Shown: piece after piece, positions 24,534 through 34,876 of the stretch
How positions within the stretch are numbered: position 1 is the stretch's first letter
How the letters are laid out: each line of letters begins with the position of its first letter
NCBI GenBank assembly: GCA_964036045.1
Contig: OZ038379.1
Span: forward strand, 2,790,001-2,854,000
Source: Eutreptiella sp. 'Long Island Sound 2002'
Taxonomy: Eukaryota > Protista > Euglenida
Direction of reading: 5' to 3'
DNA length: 64,000 bases
Notes under the pieces: model-generated
Told to the model about the DNA's origin: nothing
Seen by the model: the letters and a program-made list of their open reading frames with translations, nothing else
Databases searched by the model: none
Program-made: the position numbers and the translations under genes

Positions 24534-24612
24534 ACTTCTGATTTTGTCCCCCTTTGTTTGGGGACCCCCGAGAATGCAAGGGTGACGTAGCATTTCCGCC
24601 CTCTTTTGGGCC
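24534..24612. repeat. Isolated divergent monomer related to the 85-bp satellite
   Basis: ACTTCTGATTTTGTCCCC..GGGGACCCCCGAG..GCAAGGGTGACGTAGC aligns with the satellite consensus and even better with 35268-35348. Confidence 0.75.
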
Positions 24613-24911
24613 CCAACCTTCCGGTGCTATTGAGGAAAGTGAAGGGACATTGTATGGATTATGAGATTGGCTCCATGGATGGTGCATACAAGGGGCGCCT
24701 CCATGTGGCATGGCCATTTATCGGTCGAAAGATGTTGACCGAGCGGCAAAAGGAGTACAATGATGTTCATGGTTTCTATAGGGCATGCATTGAGCATTTG
24801 TTTGCACACCTGTGGCACTGGGGCATCGTAAGGAACATATGGAGGGGATCCGGTACGGAGTTGCATGAGTACGTGCGTGTACTCTTGCATTTGCAGCAAT
24901 TTTTGATTTGA
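24606..24911 (+). pseudogene. C-terminal fragment of a PIF/Harbinger-type (DDE_Tnp_4-like) transposase
   Basis: DGAY..LHVAWPF..LTERQKEYNDVHGFYRACIEHLFAHL matches the D..Y / PF / YN..H...R..IE pattern; the N-terminal half is missing. Confidence 0.75.
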
Positions 24912-25905
24912 AGACAGGTGGAACAGAAAGACAGTTCTGTGTTCTTGAGGGTGGCGACCAATGCGCTGTTCATGGCTTTTCCAGTTGTGCATGATGTGTG
25001 TTATGTGAAGGGAAGGTAGTTTGCAGCTTTCTTGAGCTAGGGCAGTTTGGGTCACCTAATTCTAAGGGCGTTTCAAGGGGTTTGCTTGGGGGCTCTTCGG
25101 GGGGAACATAGTCTAAAAGTAGCGCGCAGTGCGCGCGCAGTGCAAAGACTCCCCCCATGAATCTGACATTGGTTGCCTGCTTGGCACTTTGTTTGCTGCT
25201 GTGTTTGTTCACTTTTGTCACAGTTGTTTGCCCTTTTCATTAATGGACATTGCACAATGGGAGGCACGGATTTGCATAATTTCCCCCTCCCTCACCGAGA
25301 GGGGCGGGCCCAGGGCCTTGTTTTCTAGGAAGACACAGCAGCTGTGCTCCCAGGCACCGCTTCTGTGCACGCCTTAAATTTGAGCACCAGTAGAGAAACT
25401 TTACTTGATCAAGGGGTGGCCAAGATGTGGCCTTGTCCGAGATGCGGATACATGGACAGTGCTGCTGCGGTAAGTGTACGCACGTGGATGCATGTTATGT
25501 TTACGCGTGTATACAATACATGCGTGCAGGTTCCATGCGTGTACGGTAAACAGGCATGCATGTTGAAACTGTGAGGTTTTGCAATGCGTTTTTCATGTGC
25601 ACACGTCTACGGTGCCTAGGGACCATTCTGTCGTCATACTGCCGAGCTACACCCGGTCTACGATTCCTGTGGCACATGAGCCGTCCATATTCGGGATGTG
25701 GCCGTGTCTTAAACAAAGGGGAGCCCCCTGTGCGCCTTCTTGTATGTTTGCATCATTGGCGCTCATGGTATCCACAAACTTGGGGTGCACTATTCGCAAG
25801 GTTGCCAGGAGTGCTTTGCGCGCGCAGAACTTTTTTTCATGTTTTTCCTTGCACCAGGGTCCGTGACCCCCTGTTTTGCATCCTGCCCCCGTTCTGTGAC
25901 ACATT

Positions 25906-25927
25906 TTTACGGCTGAAGCGCCGTAAA
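25906..25927. repeat. Subterminal 22-bp palindrome TTTACGGC-TGAAGC-GCCGTAAA
   Basis: Read directly; starts 127 bp inside the outer end of the left TIR. Confidence 0.9.
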
Positions 25928-26552
25928 ACGTTTGCCTCTGCAGGCGGAAACAACGCGGCAGCAGAATGAAATACAAGACTTGAAACAGCTATGTTGTGTG
26001 TGTGCGTGGGTTAATGGCACAGGAAATGTACAAAGGTGGTGCAAGGCATCAGGCACCTATGAATTGAAAGACTGAGAAGCAAAGGGTCAAAAGGGTCAAA
26101 ATGGTCAATAGTTAGACAAGGAAGGGCGGGAACCTGCTGTTTTCCCGCATGTCGTTCGACAGGATGAACGAGAAACCTCTCAGTGCCCCCAGTGTGCCAA
26201 AGTGATTTATTTGTCTTGGGATGCGGAACTGTTTCTTCGATGAATTTGCTGGTTGATGATTGTCACGTGACAATCAGTGCTGTGGATGGAAACCCCTCCT
26301 CAACTCGCCAGCAAGGATTGACATGGGGAGTTGATCCAGGAGGCGGCGGTAAAAAGTAGAAACCTGCGGGCGAACGTTTCTGCTGGGGGGAAAACAGCCC
26401 ACCCGCGCAAACCAAGGACTTTAGGACAGACAAGCCCCGCCTTAGGCTGCGGCTACACATGCATCCGGTCCGGCCACGGTGCTTGCAGTGGTTGAGCGTG
26501 GGCTCTCACTGTAGGTGGTCGTGAGCTGGCTCAGCTAGCACTACACAATCCC

Positions 26553-26876
26553 CATATATGGGCCAACTCCTTAAAACCGGTTTGTTTTCTCTGTTTTCTG
26601 CTCTTTTGGTGCCCTTTGTTACCTGTCATTGAAACGGGCACCCTCAAAATATACACAAAAATGGTATTATACATGAAAAATGAATTTTTTGACCTCAAAT
26701 ACCCCCTCATGGGGTTTGAACCCACACTCTACAAACCTTAGAGTTGCGTTTTACCTCTAAGCTACGACCTGTCGTCCACGATCTCAGAGAAAACCGTAGT
26801 ATAATAAAAAAAAATTGGAAAATCAGTACTCCTTACATGCTCCAACCACTATTAACCTCCCATGCTCTTAAAACCG
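26553..26876 (+). repeat. DIRS left inverted terminal repeat (324 bp)
   Basis: Reverse complement of 31118-31441. Confidence 0.95.
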
Positions 26877-26977
26877 GTCACGCGCTCACTGAGTTGTTCA
26901 ACTAGTGATTTGCTGTACCCAGAGCTTTGATTTCTGATGCAATCCAAATTGTTTTAAGGATATAAAATTTTAACAAA

Positions 26978-27964
26978 ATGACAGAAGGAAGTGAGACACT
27001 GGATTTTCACGAGTTCGTGCTGAAATTGCCGGATTCGGCGTGGAACCTGAGTTCTGAGTCGTTGGAACATGCAGCACAGTTGGCAAAGGAAGGCGCAATG
27101 AGTGGTCTCAGTCCTTGGCAGGCAGCGTCACTGTATTCCAAACTTACAGGAAAGAAAACACTGGCCACTGTCAAAGACACGATGGCCTTGGTTCGTGATG
27201 CCTTACTCACTTTAAAGGGCGACGACATTGGCAGAACAGGAACGTCGTCGCATCGAGAAGACGTCTTCTTGGCATGCGAAACTTTGAGCGGTCCCAAGGA
27301 CCACGCTGGCCCCGCGTCGGACAAGGAGTCCACGTTCGTGTGGCGCGATGAGGTTCTGTCGCTTCCTTCACGCTTGTCTGCACTCCTGGAAGAGCGAAAG
27401 GTTTTGCAAGACGAGTTTCGCAGAAAAAAGATGTTGAAGCACCTTCCAGTGTTCGACGAGTTCCATAGGGCAGCTGTTAATAACGCGCCAACGCACAAAC
27501 ATCCAGCGGACGCGGAGAAGCGTCGTTGGGAACAACAGGTAAAAGACGCCATGCGAGTCCTGGGAGTAGTCTTAGCACGCGAAGAAGACACAACGGTAGC
27601 TCCGGAAGCACCTGTTTCATTGGTACTATGTGAACATTTGTTTGCAATGTTGGGTGCGTTGGACTACAGCATCCAAAGCTCCCGGCGAGTGGCAGTAGAT
27701 AAACGGTTTGAACAACCTGCGATTGCACCAGAGTTACTCTCGAAGGATGACATGTCACTACTTCAGTCGCGCAACAAATTACAAAAAGACCTGAGAGGCA
27801 CGCGTTTCTCCCCTTACTCGCATCGTAGTTCTTTCCGTTCGTTTTCAACACGAGGTCGTTTTGATCCACGGAGATCTGGCAAAGGAGGCAAAGGCAAAGG
27901 TAAGGGTTTCACCCAAAGATTTGTGCCACGTAACGACAAGTTAGATGAACGACCACAGCAGTAG
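26978..27964 (+). CDS. gag: DIRS ORF1, gag-like protein (328 aa)
   Basis: First ORF after the left ITR; basic RG/KG-rich C-terminus; overlaps ORF2 by 20 nt. Confidence 0.8.
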   Translation: MTEGSETLDFHEFVLKLPDSAWNLSSESLEHAAQLAKEGAMSGLSPWQAASLYSKLTGKKTLATVKDTMALVRDALLTLKGDDIGRTGTSSHREDVFLACETLSGPKDHAGPASDKESTFVWRDEVLSLPSRLSALLEERKVLQDEFRRKKMLKHLPVFDEFHRAAVNNAPTHKHPADAEKRRWEQQVKDAMRVLGVVLAREEDTTVAPEAPVSLVLCEHLFAMLGALDYSIQSSRRVAVDKRFEQPAIAPELLSKDDMSLLQSRNKLQKDLRGTRFSPYSHRSSFRSFSTRGRFDPRRSGKGGKGKGKGFTQRFVPRNDKLDERPQQ

Positions 27965-29978
27965 CTTGACTGTAGAGGATTTATTGGCACCAGCCGTGTG
28001 CGTGCCACCGCCGATCCATCCCCACATGCCACTCTATTTGCGCTGTCGTGCACAATTGCATGAATGGGGAACGTTGAAGGACACATACGCGGCGTCGGTG
28101 ATTCGCAATGGGCTGCAGCTGGATTGGGTTGGCGGTTTTGATCCGGATCGGCCAACCGACGACTTCCGTCCTCGTTCTTCCCACGCAGAGGTAACCGACC
28201 CTGAATTGGTAAAACACGTGTTAGATGCAGTGCAACAGGGTTGCATGGAACGCGTCGAGCGAAAAGACATTAAGTGTTGTGCAAGTATGTTCGCAGTGGA
28301 CAAAGCGTCAGACGAGGCACATCCTGAGGGAGGCCGTCGACCTATCACCAATTTGAAGAACGTGAACCAGTTTGTACAGACCACCTATTTTCGTTTGGTC
28401 ACTCTGTGGGGCATTTTACCGTTCTTGAGACCCGGTCAGTATGCTTGCAAAATTGACCTGAAAAGCGCTTATTTTCACATGGGTATCCATCCGCGGGATC
28501 GACCTTATTTGGGGGTCTACGTCGACGGTGAATTTTACAGGTGGTGCGTTTTGCCGTTTGGATTAAACGTTGCACCACGGGAATGGCAACGCCTCATGCA
28601 ACCAATTTTAAATGCCGTGCGCGAACACGGGGCACTCGTTTGGGTCTACTTGGACGATTGGCTCATCATTGGCAATACTTACCGTGAATGTCTGGAACAC
28701 ACACGTTTTTTGGTACAACTTTTGCATCGGTTGGGTATATTGGTCAATGTCCCAAAATCATGTTTGGAGCCGTCTCAAGAAATTATAATGCTTGGTTTTA
28801 TGCTAAACTTCAGGGAAGGATTCGTCGCGGTACCTCCAAAGCGCCTACAAGCAATTTTTCGGGACGTGAACAGACTGGCACACAGTCACACACCATCAGT
28901 GAGGCGATGCGCCTCCGTTCTTGGAAGAATCCGTTCCTTGTTGTTCGCCATGCCCCATATCCGACTCCTCAGCGACGCCCTGGCGGTGCACGTGGCGGTG
29001 GCAGCCCAAACTGGCTGGGAAGCAGACGTGGCGCTCCCGGAGCGCGTGTCACGTCAGTTGATGGATCTGGCGGACGAGTTACACCAGTGGAAGGGACGCA
29101 CCTTCGTAGTTTCCATGGGTCACGTCAGGGACATGTACTCGGACGCGTCGGATCTGGCGTGGGGCGGAGTCCTTCAAGGGAATGCCCAAGCAGCGTTCGG
29201 TTGGTTCCTGAATCGGGAGGAACACATAAACGTCAAAGAGTTCAGGGGAGCCCTACTGACTATTCAAGCGTATGCGCTGAGGGACACCACGCTGCGATTT
29301 TTCACCGACTCAATGGTCCTTTACTGGTATCTCCGCAAGTGGGGAGGTCGCAAGCCGCGGTTCAACGCATTGATTCTCCAACTGTGGAATTTTACACAAG
29401 CCAATCGCATCGAGATTCAACCGTTTTACGTGCACACCTCGGTGAATCCGGCGGACATTTGGTCTCGGCTTCGTTGGACACCGTCGGAGGCTACCTTCCC
29501 GTCGGACGTGTTGACTTGGATCCTGGAGGAGTTCAAAAGTTGGATTCAGCCGGAAATCGATTGGATGTCAAGGAGTTCCAATGCGGTGTGCAGCAAGTTC
29601 GTCAGTCCGTGTCCTCAGCCGGGGGCTTACGCCATCGATGTCCTCTCCCAGAATCTAACTTTACTTTCACCGGGGTGGGTCTTCCCACCGTTCAAGCACA
29701 TACCTCAGTTGGTCAACAAAGTGTTGGAGTCACCAGGGGTGAAGGTTCTCATGGCTCTGCCGTACAGGCCGCGCGAGGTTTGGTGGAACCTATTGATGAA
29801 ACACGTGAAGTTCGCAGTGAACACGTCGGAGTTCCGTTTGCAAATGCCAGACGGCACGGAGACACAACCACGTTTCGTGTTGACCTTGGCGTATGTTTGC
29901 GTGAATACTATCAATTGCGAGGAGCTACCAACGAAGAGGCGACGCTTATCATCAATGAAATCGGGAAGGACACCTTGA
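27945..29978 (+). CDS. pol: DIRS ORF2: reverse transcriptase, RNase H and N6-adenine-methyltransferase-like domain (677 aa)
   Basis: KIDLKSAYFH, LPFGL..AP, YLDD (RT); YSDAS, HINVKE, FTDS, NPAD (RNase H); IDWMSR..N, WVFPPF (MT-like). Confidence 0.95.
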   Translation: MNDHSSSLTVEDLLAPAVCVPPPIHPHMPLYLRCRAQLHEWGTLKDTYAASVIRNGLQLDWVGGFDPDRPTDDFRPRSSHAEVTDPELVKHVLDAVQQGCMERVERKDIKCCASMFAVDKASDEAHPEGGRRPITNLKNVNQFVQTTYFRLVTLWGILPFLRPGQYACKIDLKSAYFHMGIHPRDRPYLGVYVDGEFYRWCVLPFGLNVAPREWQRLMQPILNAVREHGALVWVYLDDWLIIGNTYRECLEHTRFLVQLLHRLGILVNVPKSCLEPSQEIIMLGFMLNFREGFVAVPPKRLQAIFRDVNRLAHSHTPSVRRCASVLGRIRSLLFAMPHIRLLSDALAVHVAVAAQTGWEADVALPERVSRQLMDLADELHQWKGRTFVVSMGHVRDMYSDASDLAWGGVLQGNAQAAFGWFLNREEHINVKEFRGALLTIQAYALRDTTLRFFTDSMVLYWYLRKWGGRKPRFNALILQLWNFTQANRIEIQPFYVHTSVNPADIWSRLRWTPSEATFPSDVLTWILEEFKSWIQPEIDWMSRSSNAVCSKFVSPCPQPGAYAIDVLSQNLTLLSPGWVFPPFKHIPQLVNKVLESPGVKVLMALPYRPREVWWNLLMKHVKFAVNTSEFRLQMPDGTETQPRFVLTLAYVCVNTINCEELPTKRRRLSSMKSGRTP

Positions 29979-30886
29979 AACGTTACAATTCTGCGTGGCA
30001 CATGTTTGGTACGTTCTTGTTACAAGACGCGGCACTTGCTCCACTGTTGAAGGTGGAGCGCTTTGGTCAAATCCCACTGATGACGGTGGCGGTGCAACTT
30101 TTAAAGTTTTCACGCACGCATTCTTTAAGTGCTGGGCGTATGGCGTATTCAGCAGTGTGTTTATTCCCGTGCTTTTCGCAACTACGTTTCGAGGGTATGC
30201 TACGCAACTTGAAACGTGACTGGTTCGTCAGTGTTCCTCATTATCATCGTTTCTATGATGTACGGCGTCTTATACAAGTCATGCATCAGCAACCTGTGGA
30301 GACGGAAGCTCAGCTGCGCTTGCAAGCCATTTTGTCCTTGAGATTCTTTGCCTTGTTCCGAGGCGTTGATCTGGCGCGATCACGTAGGGATATCCAACGT
30401 GCTGCTCAGCCTTGGTTCATTTCTGCTAAGCGCAAAGGGAGAAGATACTATGCACGTTATCCTATTCACAATGTTACGCCACCGTCAATTGATCCGCAGC
30501 GCTGCTTAGCGCGTTATTTGGAGGCTACTGGTGATTACGAGGGTTCTGAGATTTTTGTGTCCCTACGAAAGCCACGGAAGCCTTTATCATCTGATACCAT
30601 CAACGGTCTCACTACTCGCTGGTTAAGGAAACACCTACTGGAATTGGGGGAACTGGAGGCGGATTCGTTTTCCGCGCATTCTACACGAGGAGCAGCAGCA
30701 ACTGCACTAATCTATCTTGGCGTGGATCCGCATGTGGTAGCAGCATTGGGTGATTGGTCCTGTTACGATACATTCAGAAAGTTTTACGACAGGACCAGAG
30801 CTCTGTTGCGCATCGCGCAAATTCTGGTCCCTCCTGATCTGGCGACTGGAGAAGCGGCGCGCGCTTCACGCCTGGCGATTAATTAA
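29890..30886 (+). CDS. DIRS ORF3 tyrosine recombinase (the frame is open from 28688)
   Basis: LFRGVDL (R), HSTR (HxxR), LGDWS (W) and FRKFY (Y); N-terminal T..RY...W..F motif. Confidence 0.93.
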
Positions 30887-30934
30887 TCCTTATGAAGGGT
30901 TCAGTTCACGGGAGCTCAGTTCTTCCGTTCTGTT

Positions 30935-31046
30935 GCCCATATATGGGGATTGTGTAGTGCTAGCTGAGCCAGCTCGGATTTACCCGAATAGGTGAGGAGG
31001 AAAGAAGAGATGGCGAAGCAATAGCACTACACAAGACACATATATG
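30935..31046. other. DIRS internal complementary region (ICR)
   Basis: 30935-30975 is the reverse complement of the left terminus (26523-26563). 30974-31046 is the reverse complement of the right extension (31434-31506). The two parts overlap at a GA/TC dinucleotide. Confidence 0.95.
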
Positions 31047-31117
31047 CCCACCCTGTCCCTCCCTTAAGTTCTTCGCTCACCGTGAAAAGCAGTTGACACT
31101 TGGGTCGTCGGTTGCCA

Positions 31118-31506
31118 CGGTTTTAAGAGCATGGGAGGTTAATAGTGGTTGGAGCATGTAAGGAGTACTGATTTTCCAATTTTTTTTTATTATACTACGG
31201 TTTTCTCTGAGATCGTGGACGACAGGTCGTAGCTTAGAGGTAAAACGCAACTCTAAGGTTTGTAGAGTGTGGGTTCAAACCCCATGAGGGGGTATTTGAG
31301 GTCAAAAAATTCATTTTTCATGTATAATACCATTTTTGTGTATATTTTGAGGGTGCCCGTTTCAATGACAGGTAACAAAGGGCACCAAAAGAGCAGAAAA
31401 CAGAGAAAACAAACCGGTTTTAAGGAGTTGGCCCATATATGTGTCTTGTGTAGTGCTATTGCTTCGCCATCTCTTCTTTCCTCCTCACCTATTCGGGTAA
31501 ATCCGA
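31118..31506 (+). repeat. DIRS right ITR (31118-31441) plus right extension (31442-31506)
   Basis: Reverse complement of the left ITR; the extension is mirrored in the ICR. Confidence 0.95.
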
Positions 31507-31951
31507 AAGCACATCCCCAAGACCTCAAGCAAGGCCTCAGGCTGTTTCCGAAGAGGATCCACCCTTGCTCTGCCCCTCATGGCAGTTGGGTGAGTGGGGC
31601 GTCGTGGTGTCGTGCGGCCACACTTTGGACAAGGACAACAAAACTCAAAGGCTTTCATTGGGCCCACAACTTTAGGCGTAGGTGGGAAATTTGGGGACAG
31701 GGCAGCCACCTTGTGCCGTGCACCAGGTGGTTAGTTCGACATGGGCAGGATTCCTATGATCTATGTCTTATTAGCGCGGTAAGACTTATGAGGTATGTTC
31801 TGTTTTTTCCTGTTGGTTTGGTATAGGTCCCTTTTTCATGGGGCGTTTTTGATGCCCCGGAAGCAAACCAGGGTTGGCGTTGGGTTGGAAACCCTGAGGG
31901 TCAACAATACCCAGCGGCTCTGGTTCTTTCCACCCGAAAACGTGTTATTTT

Positions 31952-31973
31952 TTTACGGCTCCAGCGCCGTAAA
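31952..31973. repeat. 22-bp palindrome TTTACGGC-TCCAGC-GCCGTAAA
   Basis: Read directly; immediately past the stop of the minus-strand transposase-like frame. Confidence 0.9.
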
Positions 31974-32959
31974 CTTAAGAACACATTCTTTTTCTTCGTA
32001 TCTCCACGAAATCGGGGATGTCCAAAGCGTTTCGCTTCGCAGGCGGACGTACCATAGGCTGCTTTACAACATCCGGTGGTGGTCGAGGACCCGGTTTAGG
32101 TTTGGGTTTTGGCTTAGGAAGGCCATGTGCAGCCTTAGGCCTAGGCTTAGGCTTGGGCTTAGGCTTCGGCCTATTGTTTAGAAGCTTTTCATCAATGGAA
32201 GCCAACAGCCTTTGAGACTCTATGGTTAAGGCTTCGATATTAGGTGAGGGCATAGCACCAAAAATATCCTGGGCCTGTTGCATAGCCTCGGGAGCGGTAG
32301 TGCCATCTCTAAGCTCAATTGGAGCCATTAGGTTACGCAAAAGCTTCACCGCCTGAACCTTTACTGTTAGGTCAGGAGGATCGACCCATAGCCGGTCGGG
32401 AAAGGTGAACCCTGGTGGCCACGCAGTATACGGTCTACCCTGAGACATGGGTTGGGAGGTTAACGGCATGTAGGGTAAAGTACCAGCTAAAATACGGGTA
32501 ATCAGCCGTCCGGTTCTATATTGTACACCGGCGGTAAAGCTACGTGCCAGGTGGGGCTCCGTTAGATTCCGGGGCTCATTAGGTTTCCGATTAAGGTACC
32601 GGTAATGCTTTGCATGCTCCCCAAACGTGATAATGGTTGCGTCATCTTCTTTAGCTTATTGAAGTCCACTCAGAGTGGACTCCAATTTTTCTTCACAGAA
32701 GGATGCACCGGGCAGAGCATCCAGATCTGGCTCCCACTGCAGCAAAGCCAATAGTGTAGCATCCAGGTACTGTTGGCGACCCTGAGTGTCTCTTAGGGCC
32801 ATCAACATGACAGTGCTGAATTGCAACACCTCATGTGCATCAGCACCTGTCCAGGCATCGTGTCGCCTCCAGTGAAGGGTACGCACCCTGTACCCGAGAT
32901 AAAATAGGGCAGGCACATAGTCCCGAAACAGGTACAATAGAGCCTGTAAGCGCTCCTTT

Positions 32960-32981
32960 TTTACGGCGCTAGCGCCGTAAA
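32960..32981. repeat. Perfect 22-bp palindrome TTTACGGCGCTAGCGCCGTAAA, in a candidate 120-nt intron (33063-32944, minus strand)
   Basis: Read directly; GTACTAAG...TTACAG boundaries, length a multiple of 3. Confidence 0.8.
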
Positions 32982-34270
32982 TTGCCTGAGGCCCGTCAAC
33001 AGAGGCAAGTGCACCTCGTATATGGGGTGTTACTCTTCCAGAGATTAGGAAAGCACTTAGTACCATCTGCTCCATCATTCCCACATGGAAGTGGGTGCGA
33101 ATGGTTACCGCTGTAGGATTGTCCAGGAAACCCGGGTGTTCAAGGGTTGTCCACAATGTTAGAAACTTGCGGTAACTCATAGTCAAACAATATTTATAGG
33201 CATGCCACAATCCAAAACGGAGCAGTGTGTCTTGCAAAAACGTACTTGTATCCACAACAACCTATGTTGTGCTGTGATGCAGTTTGTGTATTCTAAAGTA
33301 CAGATCCACATCACATAGCACTGGACTGTACTGGTGGTTAGTTCTCTGGTGCCATTCTAATAGGTCAGAACATACTTGCAGTATCCCCTTCCGGGCTGAT
33401 GCGTTGCATGGTAGGACATCTGCCGTCCACCATGGAGCCATAGTCACTCCGTATCGGTGGATGTCCAGTGGCGTCCGCACCGAGTCATAGTTCAGGTGGT
33501 GTGACCTTAATGTGTCTATCCTTGACCGAGATAGGCGGCTGGCTTCTCTTAGTTTTTGAGGCAAGAGTTGTGCAGCCCGTAGGAGATCTGGAATAGACAA
33601 AACCCCTCTGCGTGGTGGGAACCCACCATCAGGATGTGGCACAGGGAGGACTGCAACACATGTTGCGTTGATGGACATGTCCCTTTTACGACATAAGTTC
33701 CGACTGTAGCGCCACTCTTTGTAGTTATCAATCCAAAGCACAGTACAATGCTTTGTGGCCAAATCCACAATTGTACGTGCAAACTCCATTGCTGCCTGCG
33801 CAATATTTTCCTTGCGGGGTAGCACAAGACCAGTGCCAGCAACAACTGCAGCCTTCGATCGGCTTAGGTCCTCTAGCCGCCGCTCCACCATGGTTGCTGC
33901 ACAGGAGCTTCTTCCCAGTACACCACTGCTCCACCTTTTCTTGGACGTAAAACAGGTCCAAAGACTTTGGGCAAAACTTGTCACCCATCGGCTGCCGGCG
34001 CGGCCACCACGTCTAGGCCAGTCTTTCACCAGGTTCGTTCACACCTTTTGACACCTTTTGTCCCGGCGGGACAAACTGAGGAACCACAGCACAAACATTC
34101 TGCACGGACCACCCACCAGGACGTCCTCAACAATGGCCTCCACATAGGTATACCCTTTGAGGGAACACAGCCCCTGTATGTAGTCGCCCGGGAGGTATAG
34201 GTCATCAACTCCACTGTGAGTGGTACGGCATAGCTTCCTTCGCCGTTTCGCGGCCCCTCCTCGGGAAAAT

Positions 34271-34292
34271 TTTACGGCTGAAGCGCCGCAAA
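34271..34292. repeat. 22-bp palindrome with one mismatch, TTTACGGC-TGAAGC-GCCGCAAA
   Basis: Read directly. Confidence 0.85.
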
Positions 34293-34876
34293 TTTCATCA
34301 TAGTCTGGTGTTTTGTCTGTGAGACCATCATCAGGCATTGATGTTCATAGTGGCGAGAATGCAAATGTGACACAAACACTTGTACAAGTGTGGAATCGGT
34401 TACCATTAGGCAGTTGAAAAACCTCTTTTTCAGGTGGTATGCCATAACCCCAGTCACGCACATGAAATGTGTTTTAATCACATCTACAGCACACACTTAC
34501 CTGGCAGTTATTGGCGCCAGATACTATCTTGGCTCACCAAAATGGAGCATAGACAACTGCGGCTTTGTTGGTGTCGCATTTCAGCTGTGTGCATTCTTGC
34601 CAATTTTATTTTGTTATAGGTATGCACTATTTTGCAGGAAAATACCACCGTTCGTAGTTGCACTTTGTTCCTAGGACCTTGACACATGGGGTCTGTTCAC
34701 TGGCAGTATGCCACTCCGTGTAGATGCGAATGTGGCCACAAGTGCTAGACAGGGGTAAAACCGCCATGCATGCCTGTTTTTTTCCCCGAATAGGGTGTGC
34801 ACTGCAACCTGCCAAAAGGGGTTACAGAGGTGCTGCAACTTGGTACACCGAGGGTGAAATTGCACCCTCCACCTAG

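Larger units (their letters stand above)
23243..25287 (+). mobile_element. Degenerate PIF/Harbinger (IS5/ISL2EU-like) DNA transposon relic
   Basis: Transposase fragment inside; imperfect G-rich terminal inverted repeats (GGGGGGGATTAAGCAAAT versus the reverse complement of ATTTGCATAATTTCCCCC). Confidence 0.5.
26523..31506 (+). mobile_element. Full-length DIRS1-type tyrosine-recombinase retrotransposon
   Basis: 324-bp ITRs, an internal complementary region matching both termini, gag / RT-RH-MT / YR ORFs all intact, and no TSD. Confidence 0.96.
31975..34338 (-). pseudogene. Putative DDE transposase pseudogene (Academ/DUF6589-like motif order)
   Basis: Four track ORFs lie in one frame separated only by single stops (34039-34041, 33262-33264, 32656-32658). 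Motifs: WIDN, CDVDLY, RFGLWH, CEEKLE. Pro/Lys-rich tail. Confidence 0.55.

Noticed and set aside
25779-25806. Tn3-family identity (GGGG near the terminus, 5-bp TSD)
   Set aside because: The TSD only works if the TIR starts at CTT. The genes have spliceosomal introns, and no Tn3 transposase or resolvase motifs were seen.
26100-26520. Cys/His-rich text on both strands either side of the DIRS insertion (QCPQCAK; CCPCPKC..CFHDH)
   Set aside because: Short, interrupted by stops and strand-ambiguous; I cannot support a gene call.
28688-29889. N-terminal ~400 aa of the 732-aa ORF as a separate protein domain
   Set aside because: It is alternative-frame text over RT/RNase H with no recognisable motif; only the YR part is supported.
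32095-32170. TTAGGC/TTAGGT hexamers resembling telomeric repeats
   Set aside because: They are explained by the (Pro-Lys)n codons of the minus-strand frame and are not TTAGGG.
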